Shown here one piece after another: positions 8,983-19,963 of a stretch of 64,000 nucleotides of DNA. A program made the position numbers and the translations under genes. Below the pieces are notes generated by a model. That model did not search any database, had not been told where the DNA came from, and worked only from the letters and a program-made list of their open reading frames with translations. Source of the DNA: a virus (taxonomy: Duplodnaviria; Caudoviricetes); the IMG/VR virus record IMGVR_UViG_3300028601_000021, positions 92,030 to 156,029 of that record. One strand, given 5' to 3'. The first letter of the stretch is position 1; each line of letters opens with the position of its first letter.

Positions 8983-10275
8983 TTACCTATTTCCAGTCAT
9001 CAATTGAATCAATTCAAACTGCGCTTCTCTTAAGTTACTAAAAGGATATTGATCCTTCTTGAGATATAGATCTGTACCTACAGGTATTTCACTACTGTAT
9101 TCACTATCGAAATACACCATATCTTTAGTGTTATTCATATATAGTAACTGTAATGAAGTGTACTTAGATTCAGTATAAGGTATGATCTGATGAGTAGACT
9201 TATTTCTCAATACACCTTTGAAAGCATTTGTCATAGCCACGTGGTAATCTGCGTAACTATCGCAAGGAGTACGGTGTACGTAGATATGTGGGTTATCGAT
9301 AAAGATAAGGAAAGCATCATTACAAGTATCGGCCCACATCATCTGCTTGAGATAAGTGTCTACAGTGTAAGGAGCTTCTACTACCATGTCATCTCTATTC
9401 ATAGCTACTTGTTTCATCAATAGCTGCTTATCTAGAGCTAAAGTGGAAGGGTGTACTATGAAACTCTTGTGACTGGTAGTCAGATACTCATCAGGGAAAT
9501 AGATCATTCCACCCAACACTAACAGTACCGTATGAGTCAAAAAATTATATCCATCAGGTAAGATGAATTCCCAATCGCAATTTATATATCTGTCATTAGT
9601 TCTATTACGATAAACGACAGTGGTATCTCTAATAGGAGCAATGGTCATATTACCCAGTGGAGTAGTATCGATCAATACCGCATCTGCTCTATGTTCTTTA
9701 CTGGTGTCCCAGAGTAACTTAGCACCATCACGGATATATAACTGATCTTCAAATACCGTAGGTTGGGTACAGAATCCATTAACTACAGGGATACAGTTAT
9801 TGAAATTGATAGGCACTTCTTTAGTATTCTCTATTACTAAATCAGGCATGGACCATCTGAACTGCCATACATCTCTAAGATCAGGTGTCTTGATGTTACA
9901 GTAATGAGGTTCTAAGCCTACATAATGAAAAGGATAGAAAGTACTAAAAGTAGTCTTAGGGCTATCTGTACCTGAAAAGAAACCGAAAGGTTCAACAGCA
10001 TATCCCACGACATATTCTTCTCTAAGACCATCCATGAATTGCTGCCAAGTAATAACAGTATTGTCGTATCTTTCTTGAAGGATAGTAGCTGCATCTAAGG
10101 TATATGTCTTATGTTGTATATCATCAAAGATAGCTACTGCGTATTGAAAAGGTTTGTCATTGATAGATTTAGCGATACAATCTATGAGAGCTAATTCAGA
10201 AGGAAGATAAGCAGCTACCTGCTTACCACATCTGGTGTATATGTATTTTAAACTGTACATCTGGTGTATCCTCAT
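8983..10275 (-). CDS. phiKZ-like virion structural protein
   Basis: 430 aa with NCIPVVNG..LYIRDG and VLLVLGG segments typical of phiKZ-family virion proteins. Confidence 0.5.
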   Translation of the reverse strand: MRIHQMYSLKYIYTRCGKQVAAYLPSELALIDCIAKSINDKPFQYAVAIFDDIQHKTYTLDAATILQERYDNTVITWQQFMDGLREEYVVGYAVEPFGFFSGTDSPKTTFSTFYPFHYVGLEPHYCNIKTPDLRDVWQFRWSMPDLVIENTKEVPINFNNCIPVVNGFCTQPTVFEDQLYIRDGAKLLWDTSKEHRADAVLIDTTPLGNMTIAPIRDTTVVYRNRTNDRYINCDWEFILPDGYNFLTHTVLLVLGGMIYFPDEYLTTSHKSFIVHPSTLALDKQLLMKQVAMNRDDMVVEAPYTVDTYLKQMMWADTCNDAFLIFIDNPHIYVHRTPCDSYADYHVAMTNAFKGVLRNKSTHQIIPYTESKYTSLQLLYMNNTKDMVYFDSEYSSEIPVGTDLYLKKDQYPFSNLREAQFELIQLMTGNR

Positions 10276-10347
10276 TTATATATGGAATTGCTATACCATC
10301 GTGGGTAATTGTTAGCTAAGTACCAAAAAAGTAAGATACCTCCTTTA

Positions 10348-10384
10348 CTCACACGGTAGTACCACCGTGGTACTACCGTGTGAG
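10348..10384. terminator. Perfect 17-bp palindrome
   Basis: ctcacacggtagtacca-ccg-tggtactaccgtgtgag. Confidence 0.7.
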
Positions 10385-10391
10385 AGGATGT

Positions 10392-11075
10392 TTATTCGGA
10401 GAGATGGGGGAGGCTGGCCACATACTCTTGCAGAGAGGACAATGCAGCGGCATTTGCATCCATCTCATGCGAGAGATTGAAATATGCTTCCTTGTCGCTG
10501 CCATCTCTGAGACTAGCACAGGCCACCTGTATCTGGTCCATGTCTGCGAATATGCCCACAGACTGCGTGGCATGGCGACGCTCGTGCACCACGAGAAACA
10601 AAATGAAAGCCTTTACATATTCTACGGTGACTCTAGTTCCACCGAGAACTTCAAAAGTTTCCTTCATCTCTCGGATGATAGCATCCACGTAGTACCAGAT
10701 GTACCCGTGCTGCTTACGTCGTGATTCGGCCATCTCTTCGCCATAGATACCTTCCGCGAGCATAATCTCAATAGCTCGCTCTGACATGGCTATGGTTCCT
10801 TCGCCGATAAGACACTCAGCCGCAAACACATTATCCATGTGTTTGTAGAACTCATTGCAGTTCCACTCATAGCCGATGCAGAATGCGGCCTCGTACATAT
10901 CTACGGTATCGAGCATCTTTTCAGTACCGTTAGACTGAGAGATGAACCCAGCCAACGTATCCGTAAACACTTCTTTTACTTCTTCATTAGAAGTAAGTTC
11001 CGTACCCTTATCGAGGCAGATACGGAAAAGTTTAAACATCTCACTCATAATCTTAATACCGGGGCTCATTGACAT
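10392..11075 (-). CDS. Putative zincin-like metallopeptidase (HExxH)
   Basis: VVHERRHATQ plus downstream HEMDANA. Start re-assigned to ATG 11075 using SD GGAGG at 11081-11085. Confidence 0.6.
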   Translation of the reverse strand: MSMSPGIKIMSEMFKLFRICLDKGTELTSNEEVKEVFTDTLAGFISQSNGTEKMLDTVDMYEAAFCIGYEWNCNEFYKHMDNVFAAECLIGEGTIAMSERAIEIMLAEGIYGEEMAESRRKQHGYIWYYVDAIIREMKETFEVLGGTRVTVEYVKAFILFLVVHERRHATQSVGIFADMDQIQVACASLRDGSDKEAYFNLSHEMDANAAALSSLQEYVASLPHLSE

Positions 11076-11118
11076 ATATCCCTCCAGAAAGGTTATGTTG
11101 TGCACATTGATTCGAGTA

Positions 11119-11130
11119 AGTGATATATAT
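11119..11130 (-). promoter_or_regulatory. Early-promoter-like motif ATATATATCACT
   Basis: Repeated motif about 45 nt upstream of the 11075 start. Confidence 0.6.
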
Positions 11131-11153
11131 CTGAAATAAATTGATAAGCGATA

Positions 11154-11192
11154 TATACTACCGTAGTACCTAAATGGTACTACGGTAGTATA
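11154..11192. terminator. Perfect 17-bp palindrome
   Basis: tatactaccgtagtacc-taaat-ggtactacggtagtata. Confidence 0.7.
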
Positions 11193-11196
11193 AATA

Positions 11197-12903
11197 TTAG
11201 AATAAGTTATTATCAGGGGTATTGTAACCACCACGTACTAAGACCTGGCTACTATACACATCTACCGGTACACCTTGTAACAGCAGGAAGTCACTACCTG
11301 GGATTTCTTTGAGGAATTCCACGATAACAGTATTTCCTACTAATTGGTCGGTATTACCGATAGTAATTACGTTCCATGCTTGACCATACTGCTCTACCGG
11401 TACAGGGGTAGTGATGATCATATTACCGGTACGAGCATCTCGTATAGTAAAATGAGTAGGTACTACTGGTCCTGTCTCACTAAAGGCATGATACATAGGA
11501 CGACTCAGATAGTAAAAGCTCTCTAAGAACTCTACCATACTAGTAAAGATCGTAGTAGGTACAAAGTACTTAGTGATATCACTATCGTAATGAATGACAG
11601 GTCTACGGTGCAAGGTGACATCTACACCATAAGCATATTCATCGTGCTTACTATCTTTCAGGATATAACGCTCATACATATTACCTGGTTTAAGAGTAAT
11701 ATAGATATCCTGTAAATAGATCACTGGATCTGTGGCATCGTAGAAAGGAGCTACATCTACACTGATACGTAATCTCTGTTCTACACCGAATCTATTACCA
11801 ATAAATTCAGTATCATCAATCAAAGAGATATAGTCAGTAATGCGATGTACTCTATCACGTCGATCCGTATACAAGTAATACTCTAACTCATAAGTACGAG
11901 TAGTATAATTCCATACAGGAACGACAGATACCTTACACCCATAAGTAGAAGTATTATCCACCACTACCAATTGTTTCACACAAGATAAATATCGATACTT
12001 ACCTTCAGTGGTATTGATAGTAGAAGTCTCTCTACTAGATAAATGATACTTGATAACTAAAGGCTGTTTATAACCAGGGAAGCTAGGAATGAAATCATCG
12101 ATACCATGGATAAAACATCTCTGATTATCGACAGGGATATCTTTTCTTGTACCATCGGCATATACGACATAAGGTACGATATTGAGATGATCTACATCCT
12201 GCTTACGATAGATGAAGAAGTCTTCACCTCTGGTCTGTAAACAAGTAGCACCGAATTCCACGATAGGATTAGCTTCGGATGCTAAATCATTTAACAGTAC
12301 GGCACGTCTACAGAACAGTACCACGCTAGCACACTGTACACCAGCAGTATCGAATAACTGCATAGTGACTTGCTCACCATCAGTCAGTGCATGAGTAGTG
12401 TGGCAATTAGTAGATACTCGTACTGTATCCATACCAGTGATATGAGACATAGGGATACGGTCACCACGTACTCTACCATCCGCATCGACATAGATAGACA
12501 GTACTTCTACGATACCATCAGTACTAGTCCGTACTAATCTGTATTCATGGATAGATTGACCGAAGAATACCAACTTGGCATCGACATTCAACAGAGTAGG
12601 TCTGACCCTATCGTCATATAACAAGAAGAACATATCGTTACCATAGGAAGCTATGGAGATATTGTCTTCTTCATTCAACACTAACATACGCTGAGCACGG
12701 ATGTCGTGTTTATATCTTTCATCTACGCTATGTACATAGTAGACGATACCAGTCTCTTTATCGATGACAGGACTGGGTGGTTCTAATATATACTTACCAG
12801 CAGCAGAAGGATCTGCACCATCTACGTCTGGGTCATAGACCTCATGTAACCAACAAGTAGCCGGTACATTTTTCTTAAATACTACTACGCTACTATCAGC
12901 CAT
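11197..12903 (-). CDS. Virion structural protein (phiKZ gp26-like)
   Basis: 568 aa; size and synteny in the block divergent from the tail sheath; PTHF motif. Confidence 0.55.
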   Translation of the reverse strand: MADSSVVVFKKNVPATCWLHEVYDPDVDGADPSAAGKYILEPPSPVIDKETGIVYYVHSVDERYKHDIRAQRMLVLNEEDNISIASYGNDMFFLLYDDRVRPTLLNVDAKLVFFGQSIHEYRLVRTSTDGIVEVLSIYVDADGRVRGDRIPMSHITGMDTVRVSTNCHTTHALTDGEQVTMQLFDTAGVQCASVVLFCRRAVLLNDLASEANPIVEFGATCLQTRGEDFFIYRKQDVDHLNIVPYVVYADGTRKDIPVDNQRCFIHGIDDFIPSFPGYKQPLVIKYHLSSRETSTINTTEGKYRYLSCVKQLVVVDNTSTYGCKVSVVPVWNYTTRTYELEYYLYTDRRDRVHRITDYISLIDDTEFIGNRFGVEQRLRISVDVAPFYDATDPVIYLQDIYITLKPGNMYERYILKDSKHDEYAYGVDVTLHRRPVIHYDSDITKYFVPTTIFTSMVEFLESFYYLSRPMYHAFSETGPVVPTHFTIRDARTGNMIITTPVPVEQYGQAWNVITIGNTDQLVGNTVIVEFLKEIPGSDFLLLQGVPVDVYSSQVLVRGGYNTPDNNLF

Positions 12904-15568
12904 AATAATCTCCTCCAGCCGTGATGCTATCTTCTGGCATATATAGTTCGATGAATCGTCTTACGATATTGTATTTGTCCACAGTCGTTGTGTATTGCTG
13001 ATATGAAGGATAGTAATCGATGAATGCAGGTACACTACCTTTATTCTGTACGATATCTATATCTTTCAAATAGAAGTATTCTTCTAACTGATTCTTGAAT
13101 CTATCAGCATCTGGATCATCAGCTATACCTCTATCATTAAAGATGACATCTCTAATGATGGTATTCATGAATACGCTATAAAGCCTATGATTCCCTGGCA
13201 CCAATAATAAACCACTTAAGTCTGGTGACTTACCATAGAAATACGTATTAAGTACCTCTAATCTAGTTTTGTCATCGTTACTATGGAATCTATCGATGAA
13301 ATCCTTTACTACTTGAGGTACAGCAGTCTGTACTTCAAAGGTACTACCATTTTCATATTTACCAGTAGGTAATAACAGATGAGTACCATAATTGAATAAA
13401 GTGTTCTCACTGTAACCATTGACATGACAGAGTGAAATAGAAGGGAACCAAAGATTAGCTGGAGTAGGATCGTAAATATGATCTGCTTTTACAAATCCAT
13501 GGGATAAGTCTTCTACTTCAGCGATATTGAGATATATTTCTACTTGGTTATCGGACTCTTTGAAATACTCAAAGGATTGAATCACTAGTTGTTTAAAAGA
13601 TACACCCAATTCATCTTTTGCAGTATGAATAGTGTAATCTATGTCACGTACTAAGTATCTGCCATTTAGATAGATATTTTCATTCTTAAAGTTCAAGATA
13701 GGGGAAGTGATACTGCTACTACCCATAACGTATCTACTGAGATCTACCACTACGTTACTACCATTGGTGATAAGACTATCTAGTACCATATTCCAATAAT
13801 AACTACACTTATTGTTCAACAGTACGTACTGTTTTAGATAAGCATCTTCACTAAAGAATATCTTAGTGATACCGTCTGTTGTCAATGTGGTATATAGACC
13901 TAATTCCTCAGTGACATCTACATAACGTACACTACTAGTCTTATCCACACCTTTATACTTACCTTGTTCGAAGGTATCTACTTTTTCATAGATAGTAAAA
14001 TCAGTATGGGGCACTTCAAATACATTACTAGTACTGTTGGGTACAAAGTAAGGTATGGATCTATTGTCATCTAAGTACATAGCTAAAGTGATCATGTCAC
14101 CTACATGAGTGACGACCTCATTAGCTAAAGATACTTCGATGAAAGTATCATCCTGATAAGATACCTGCACATACTGCTGATGTACTTTCTTACCATTTAA
14201 ATAGACGATAGGTAATACTTGGTGACCACGATAGATATAAGGCTTAGTGAAAGTAAGAGATCCCACGAAAGCATCAGTGACTTGGGTGTGTACGATACGT
14301 TCACAGATAAGAGCTAATACATGGTAGTATCCCAATCCCTCTACATACTTAGTCATATTACCAGGTACTATCTTCTCATAGACATCAAACAGTAACTGCA
14401 AGTATACAGTCTGTTCTAATTTGTTAGCTGTCCAGAAATCTAATTCAGGATGCTTTAATAATTTCTTACCTAAGAGAAAGTCTATGATATCATCATCACT
14501 GTGGGTATAAAGTAAATCGATGTAAGACTTGTCCCGTAGTAACATATTGTCTTTATCATGGATACGTACCTTTACATGTACTGTTACTTTTTGTGTACCT
14601 AAATGATCTCTAAATGCATCGATGATGTAAACAGGTATACTCATATCGTTATGAGTTACTTGACCTACTGTGGTATCGGCACATCTATGTAAATACACAC
14701 CTTCTACTGGTAATCTACCAGAAACTGTTTTCTTACGTACATAGAAATCACAAGTATTATGAGTAATGACTTTGTGATCTGGATTCAATGCTTTAGGTAC
14801 ATGTATCAGCTGTTTATATGTATGATCCTTTTCAGAATAATACATCTGGATACTACTATCGAAATCAGTAAGGTCTACATCAAATGCAGCTACGATATTA
14901 GTATCGTAAATGAGATCGATGTAATCACCGATAGCAGGTACGTAATTAGGATGAGTACATTCCAGTCCATTCACGTACATGGTAGTCTGGTATAAGTTAG
15001 CTGCGCTATTAAAAGCTTGCTGTACACTGTACAAATAACTACCATCGTAATCGGATTTAGGTATCAAAAAACTATGAGCAGTTATATCGTTCAATAAATC
15101 ACTATCGAAATATACAGTGAAATATACCTCGGACAATTCCTCTACAGTCAAGAACTTATTCACCATAGGTTTAGCTACAGCGATATATAAGGCAGTACGA
15201 GTTTGGTTGTATCTTAAGTACATCTGTCCCTTATGGAACATGTGACCTCTAAAAGAGTACATGTTAAATAAAGTACGATGGGTATTGCAGATGTCTACAG
15301 CTGATACCCAAGTATTACTAGGTATACTGAGATGTAGACACATGTCACTATCGGATAAACCGTATACGAAATAAGGTGTATTCCTGGTAGGTAAGGGCAT
15401 CGATGTACCCTTACTACCAGTGAAGTTACCACTATGTGATCTAGGACTCAACAGACTGGGTCTGATATTTTCCCTGTACTCACTAATAGGCTCATTCCAT
15501 ACCTTATCTACGATATATTGATTCAGTACTGCTGGGATGATGTAATCTAAATCCATAAGGATACTCAC
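12896..15568 (-). CDS. Virion structural protein (phiKZ gp27-like)
   Basis: 890 aa; VWNEP, QVTHNDMSIP and YLNGRYLVRDIDY; synteny. Confidence 0.6.
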   Translation of the reverse strand: MSILMDLDYIIPAVLNQYIVDKVWNEPISEYRENIRPSLLSPRSHSGNFTGSKGTSMPLPTRNTPYFVYGLSDSDMCLHLSIPSNTWVSAVDICNTHRTLFNMYSFRGHMFHKGQMYLRYNQTRTALYIAVAKPMVNKFLTVEELSEVYFTVYFDSDLLNDITAHSFLIPKSDYDGSYLYSVQQAFNSAANLYQTTMYVNGLECTHPNYVPAIGDYIDLIYDTNIVAAFDVDLTDFDSSIQMYYSEKDHTYKQLIHVPKALNPDHKVITHNTCDFYVRKKTVSGRLPVEGVYLHRCADTTVGQVTHNDMSIPVYIIDAFRDHLGTQKVTVHVKVRIHDKDNMLLRDKSYIDLLYTHSDDDIIDFLLGKKLLKHPELDFWTANKLEQTVYLQLLFDVYEKIVPGNMTKYVEGLGYYHVLALICERIVHTQVTDAFVGSLTFTKPYIYRGHQVLPIVYLNGKKVHQQYVQVSYQDDTFIEVSLANEVVTHVGDMITLAMYLDDNRSIPYFVPNSTSNVFEVPHTDFTIYEKVDTFEQGKYKGVDKTSSVRYVDVTEELGLYTTLTTDGITKIFFSEDAYLKQYVLLNNKCSYYWNMVLDSLITNGSNVVVDLSRYVMGSSSITSPILNFKNENIYLNGRYLVRDIDYTIHTAKDELGVSFKQLVIQSFEYFKESDNQVEIYLNIAEVEDLSHGFVKADHIYDPTPANLWFPSISLCHVNGYSENTLFNYGTHLLLPTGKYENGSTFEVQTAVPQVVKDFIDRFHSNDDKTRLEVLNTYFYGKSPDLSGLLLVPGNHRLYSVFMNTIIRDVIFNDRGIADDPDADRFKNQLEEYFYLKDIDIVQNKGSVPAFIDYYPSYQQYTTTVDKYNIVRRFIELYMPEDSITAGGDYYG

Positions 15569-15583
15569 CTGCAGGTAATAGAT

Positions 15584-16639
15584 TTATTTAAATCGACTCT
15601 TTCCGTCATTAGCTAAGCTACCAATAAAGGTAGGACTGTTATCCAATTCATATAAGAAACGCTTAGTCTCTTCATGAAGTCTATTGGCTTTCAATTCGAA
15701 ATAAAGCTTGGTTTTACCATTGGACATAGCCACCACCAATTGGTGTACCCAATAAGGGGGATATTCTATAGCTATCATCGATGAAATCACGTCAGTACCT
15801 ATACTTTTTACGGTACGGAAGAATATCTCGGGACTAAATCCTCTTACTCTATCTGGACCTAAAGTACTGACTAGTTTACATACCTTAGTGGTATCTAAAC
15901 CATTGACTGTTTCTTCAGCCATAGCAGAAATAAGACCATTTAAAACAGTAGTATTTCCTAAGAAGGTACAACGATTAAACAAAGTAGGGCAGGTTTTATC
16001 TGCACTATCTTTATCCAATACCTGGCACATGTACATAGCAAATACAGCAGCAATAGTAAGCTGTTCTTGTAAGGTAAGATCGTATAATTTAGCGATTATA
16101 CCAGAGATCGTCATACTATACGACTTTACTATGTATACTCCCAATGTAGGAGTAAGCCAAGTCTCACTATCGTTATAAGACATCACTAAAGCACCTTTAA
16201 CAAATAAAGAATGCATAGCGTGCATATCGGTGACTTGATACTCACCAGGAGCATTGCGATTACTTCTTAAGATATTACTTAAATTGACCACGACTTTCCC
16301 ATAGAACTCAGGGAAAGATGACAATATCTGAGCTTCAGATAATTGAGCAGTATCTAATACCACTTCATTAGATAAGAGTAATTCAGGAATACCTGAAGCA
16401 TTCTTATCAAAATATAATGGAGAGAATAGAGCTGAAAGTTTTCCTTCATCCCTCAGATGGCGGAATATAGTATTAGAAGGCGTCTCCAACAAAGGCTTAT
16501 CCGCATAAAGTCTTTCTACTATATGGGGTGCGATACCGTATCTTCTATTGGTAGCAAGAAACTTTAACGCTTTCACAGCGGTAGGTTTGATGCCAGCGAA
16601 TTGGGCAAAATCGATATTATAAAGATGCTTTTTTGCCAT
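15584..16639 (-). CDS. Virion protein (phiKZ gp28-like)
   Basis: 351 aa with IAIEYPPYW; immediately divergent from the tail sheath. Confidence 0.55.
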   Translation of the reverse strand: MAKKHLYNIDFAQFAGIKPTAVKALKFLATNRRYGIAPHIVERLYADKPLLETPSNTIFRHLRDEGKLSALFSPLYFDKNASGIPELLLSNEVVLDTAQLSEAQILSSFPEFYGKVVVNLSNILRSNRNAPGEYQVTDMHAMHSLFVKGALVMSYNDSETWLTPTLGVYIVKSYSMTISGIIAKLYDLTLQEQLTIAAVFAMYMCQVLDKDSADKTCPTLFNRCTFLGNTTVLNGLISAMAEETVNGLDTTKVCKLVSTLGPDRVRGFSPEIFFRTVKSIGTDVISSMIAIEYPPYWVHQLVVAMSNGKTKLYFELKANRLHEETKRFLYELDNSPTFIGSLANDGKSRFK

Positions 16640-16796
16640 GATTTTTATACTCCAACTAAATTAGTTTGGTGGGTAATTTGTTTCTAGTGTATTAGGTACT
16701 ACGTCCCATTTTATAGTAAGACAGGATAGTTTACTATACGATTGTGGTCGGTACGTGTAAAAGGATCTTATTATACTTTTCAAGGAGTTTTAAAAC

Positions 16797-18839
16797 ATGT
16801 CTAATTTAACTATGTGGACATTCCCGCACTACGAAGTGAGGGTAGAAGATCTTTCTATCTACACTCCGGTGTATCGGGAACAGTTGCCTTTGCATCGTCC
16901 CGTGTTTTTCATGAGAATGCAAAAAGGTCCTATCGGGGTTCCGGTATGGAATTCTGACATCAATTTCGCTAATCGCATCTGCGGTCGTGGTACTTTCGAC
17001 AAGAACAACAAGTATCACAGTCGTGAATCCGTATTCGCAAAACGAGTCTTCGGTCGTCAGGGTTGTTTCCTTGTTCGTCTTGCCGATGACACTGCTAAGT
17101 TTGCTTCTATCGTACTCGAATGTCACATGACAGAGATGGAAGTTCCGCAGTGGGAACGTGATGAGTTCGGTAACTATTCGTATGATACCGAGGGTAACCG
17201 TATTCCTGAAATGACCACCGGTGCTACTCCTGTTCAGGTTACTGTTCCTGGTTATGCCTTGAACTGGCAAGCACGTGAAATGACTGCAGATGAGACTCTT
17301 AAGGGAATCGAAATCAAGACAGTCACTTCTGGTGTTGGTGGTGGTGTAAGTACCAAGGTAGTTCCTGTACTGGCACTCCGCGCTCTGTATCCTGGTGAAT
17401 ACGGTAACGATCTCGCATTTAAGCTTTTCTATGACAAAGACAATATGGAACCTGCTATGGCCGATTCCATTGGTTCCTTGACTTATATGTTCCAGGCTAT
17501 GGATCGTACATATGGTCAGGATACGATGTCTCCTGTTCGTACAGTTTATAGTGATCCGATGGTGTCCTTTTCTATGAAGGATAGAGCTATCGATACTCGT
17601 CTGGATAAGAACATGGCCCTGAGCTCTGTTATCCAGGAACAGTATTATGATAATTATGCTAAGCTGTCGAATCTTCCTTTCTCGACGTATCTGTATTCTG
17701 ATAACGTAAAGCTTATCAGTGATGTAGTTGCTTTTGCTGAGAATGATTTGGATGGTCTCGAAGAAAGTGGTTGGATGTTTAACATCCTCAATGCCACCAC
17801 CATGGATGGTATCCCGCTTAAGGCTACTTATATCGCCACTACCTCTCCTGCTGGTAACTGGGCAATCAGCCTTAACAAGAACTATCTTATCTATCTGAAG
17901 GGTGGTAGTGATGGTGACATCTCTGATGAAGCTATCGAAACGCTTACTCGTCAGTACCTTATGGATGACATTTATCCTGACTTGGCTGACAGTGCTCGTT
18001 ATCCCATCACTCATGTGTACGATACCGGTGTTGCTCTGGAAACCAAGAAAGCTCTGATTGAGTTCCTCGGTTATCGCGACGACGTCAAGGTTATTTTGTC
18101 CACTCAGGATTGTAACCGTGATCGTATGAATATCAAAGATGAAGATATGTCCGTTGGTGCTTCTCTTCATGCTGCTTGTATCCTACAGCCTGAATCTCAG
18201 GTCTTCGGTACAGAAGTGTGTCGTGCAGAGATCTATCAGCAGGCTGGTTATCTGAATGATAGCACCATCTATGATGGTATCCTGCCTGCTACTCTCGATG
18301 CCCTCGCTAAGCGTTGTCGTTGGCAGAGTCGTGGATTCATTGAAGGTATGCCTAAGGGTATTCCTGGATCTGAAGTGACGATGTTCCGTGAATGGAACTG
18401 GACTCCTTCTAAGCCTGAGCATAAGCAGAAGAGTTGGGACACTGGGCTTAACTACTTCCAGTACTATGACATGACTCGTGTCCATTACGCAGACATCCGT
18501 TCCGTCTATCGTTATGATACTTCTGTCCTGTCTTCGGCTATCTTTACTGATGCCGTGGTCTATGCCAAGCATGTGGTCCGTTACAACTGGTCCATTCTGT
18601 CTGGTCTTGAAATTCCTTTCGCTCGCTTAGCTGAACGTGCTAAGACTAACGTCTTAAACGATATGCTGACGATGCTTAACAATATGTACGGTGTCGATGT
18701 AGAGTTCTACCAGACTGCTGAAGAAGCTAAGATTGGGTACATCTCCCATGCAAAGGTCAAGCTGATCGGTTATGCTCCTAATCGAGTCTGGATCGTAGAT
18801 ATACAGTGTTACCGTGACGGCTATACTCCGGAGGCATAA
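16797..18839 (+). CDS. Tail sheath protein (phiKZ gp29-like)
   Basis: 680 aa; LPLHRP, LKGGSDG, YDTG and SVYRYDTSVLSS; strong codon bias. Confidence 0.85.
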   Translation: MSNLTMWTFPHYEVRVEDLSIYTPVYREQLPLHRPVFFMRMQKGPIGVPVWNSDINFANRICGRGTFDKNNKYHSRESVFAKRVFGRQGCFLVRLADDTAKFASIVLECHMTEMEVPQWERDEFGNYSYDTEGNRIPEMTTGATPVQVTVPGYALNWQAREMTADETLKGIEIKTVTSGVGGGVSTKVVPVLALRALYPGEYGNDLAFKLFYDKDNMEPAMADSIGSLTYMFQAMDRTYGQDTMSPVRTVYSDPMVSFSMKDRAIDTRLDKNMALSSVIQEQYYDNYAKLSNLPFSTYLYSDNVKLISDVVAFAENDLDGLEESGWMFNILNATTMDGIPLKATYIATTSPAGNWAISLNKNYLIYLKGGSDGDISDEAIETLTRQYLMDDIYPDLADSARYPITHVYDTGVALETKKALIEFLGYRDDVKVILSTQDCNRDRMNIKDEDMSVGASLHAACILQPESQVFGTEVCRAEIYQQAGYLNDSTIYDGILPATLDALAKRCRWQSRGFIEGMPKGIPGSEVTMFREWNWTPSKPEHKQKSWDTGLNYFQYYDMTRVHYADIRSVYRYDTSVLSSAIFTDAVVYAKHVVRYNWSILSGLEIPFARLAERAKTNVLNDMLTMLNNMYGVDVEFYQTAEEAKIGYISHAKVKLIGYAPNRVWIVDIQCYRDGYTPEA

Positions 18840-18842
18840 GAA

Positions 18843-19883
18843 ATGGCTGATAACACTCAGATGACCACTGAGTTCATGAAACAAGCGCTGTACGCTAACA
18901 CCACTCAGATGGGTGTTGCTGGACGTACTGGCGTGGCAAATATGATCTCCGGCGGTCAGCTCGGTTCTGGTATTCGGTTTACAGATTTGGATGCTGCCAG
19001 TCCTCTGGTATTCAATCCTGCTGTAATTGTCGTCACCCACGTACCTGCTATGTGGAAGACATATCCCAAAATGCAGGAGATGTTGAAGTCTCTTGTAGAA
19101 ACCCATGCTAAGTCTATCACTGGTATCGATTTCGGTTACCAGATGGAGACTCAGGATACTCCTGTCGGACATGACGGTCAGACTCAGAAAGTACCTACTC
19201 GTAGTACTCGTAGTCAGGTATCTCCGTCCATGACCTTTCAGGAAGTCTCCGGTAACCTGATTTGGAACTTGGTGCGTATGTGGATCTGTGATATGCAGCA
19301 TCCTGATACCAATGCTTCTAAGCTCTCTGCTCAGATGGAAGGTGGAAGCATTCCGCCGTGGTTGATGTCGGCTTACTCCATGTCCATGGTAGCTATCCAG
19401 TTTGATCCCACTGGTCTCCCTGAACGCATCATCGATGGTGCTTTCTATACGAACATGTTCCCGACTGATACGACTGAACTCGGTATCCAGCGCTCTATCG
19501 GTACGAGTGAAATCAAGGAACGTACTATTCCTTTCACTGGTATCGTACAGCACAATGAGAATACTCGTGAATTGGCTTATCAGGTGGCTAAGATGCTTAA
19601 CTTGCATAAGATCAATTACGACTTTTCTCTTCCTGGGCTCACTGGTCAGACCAATCCCCAGAAGGGAAGTATCACTGAGACTATCAGTAAGCTCGGTCTT
19701 TACGATCAGGCTCTGGGAGTCGAGATGCCTGCAGTGACTGCATTTAAGCCTTTGGGTGAAGATCAGTACACTGATCGTGTCACTGGCGGTAGTGCATTCT
19801 CTCCGGATAGCGATAGCACGGCACCTGGTGGTGATGGTAGTGGATTCACTGATCGTCAGCCGCATCCCGCTACTCAGGGTTAA
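18843..19883 (+). CDS. Tail tube protein (phiKZ gp30-like)
   Basis: Directly follows the sheath; LKSLVETHAKSITG and NMFP motifs; C-terminal extension. Confidence 0.8.
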   Translation: MADNTQMTTEFMKQALYANTTQMGVAGRTGVANMISGGQLGSGIRFTDLDAASPLVFNPAVIVVTHVPAMWKTYPKMQEMLKSLVETHAKSITGIDFGYQMETQDTPVGHDGQTQKVPTRSTRSQVSPSMTFQEVSGNLIWNLVRMWICDMQHPDTNASKLSAQMEGGSIPPWLMSAYSMSMVAIQFDPTGLPERIIDGAFYTNMFPTDTTELGIQRSIGTSEIKERTIPFTGIVQHNENTRELAYQVAKMLNLHKINYDFSLPGLTGQTNPQKGSITETISKLGLYDQALGVEMPAVTAFKPLGEDQYTDRVTGGSAFSPDSDSTAPGGDGSGFTDRQPHPATQG

Positions 19884-19912
19884 TTAGCGTCATATAGTTG
19901 AATTAGACAGTG

Positions 19913-19953
19913 TATACTACCGCAGTACCTATTACAGGTACTGCGGTAGTATA
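19913..19953. terminator. Perfect 18-bp palindrome between convergent genes
   Basis: tatactaccgcagtacct-attac-aggtactgcggtagtata. Confidence 0.75.
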
Positions 19954-19963
19954 TATAACTGTT

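Noticed and set aside
16806-19865. Long antisense ORFs (454, 129 and 403 aa) opposite the tail sheath and tube
   Set aside because: Shadow ORFs explained by strong codon bias in the sense genes; composition is unlike real proteins and no SD was seen.
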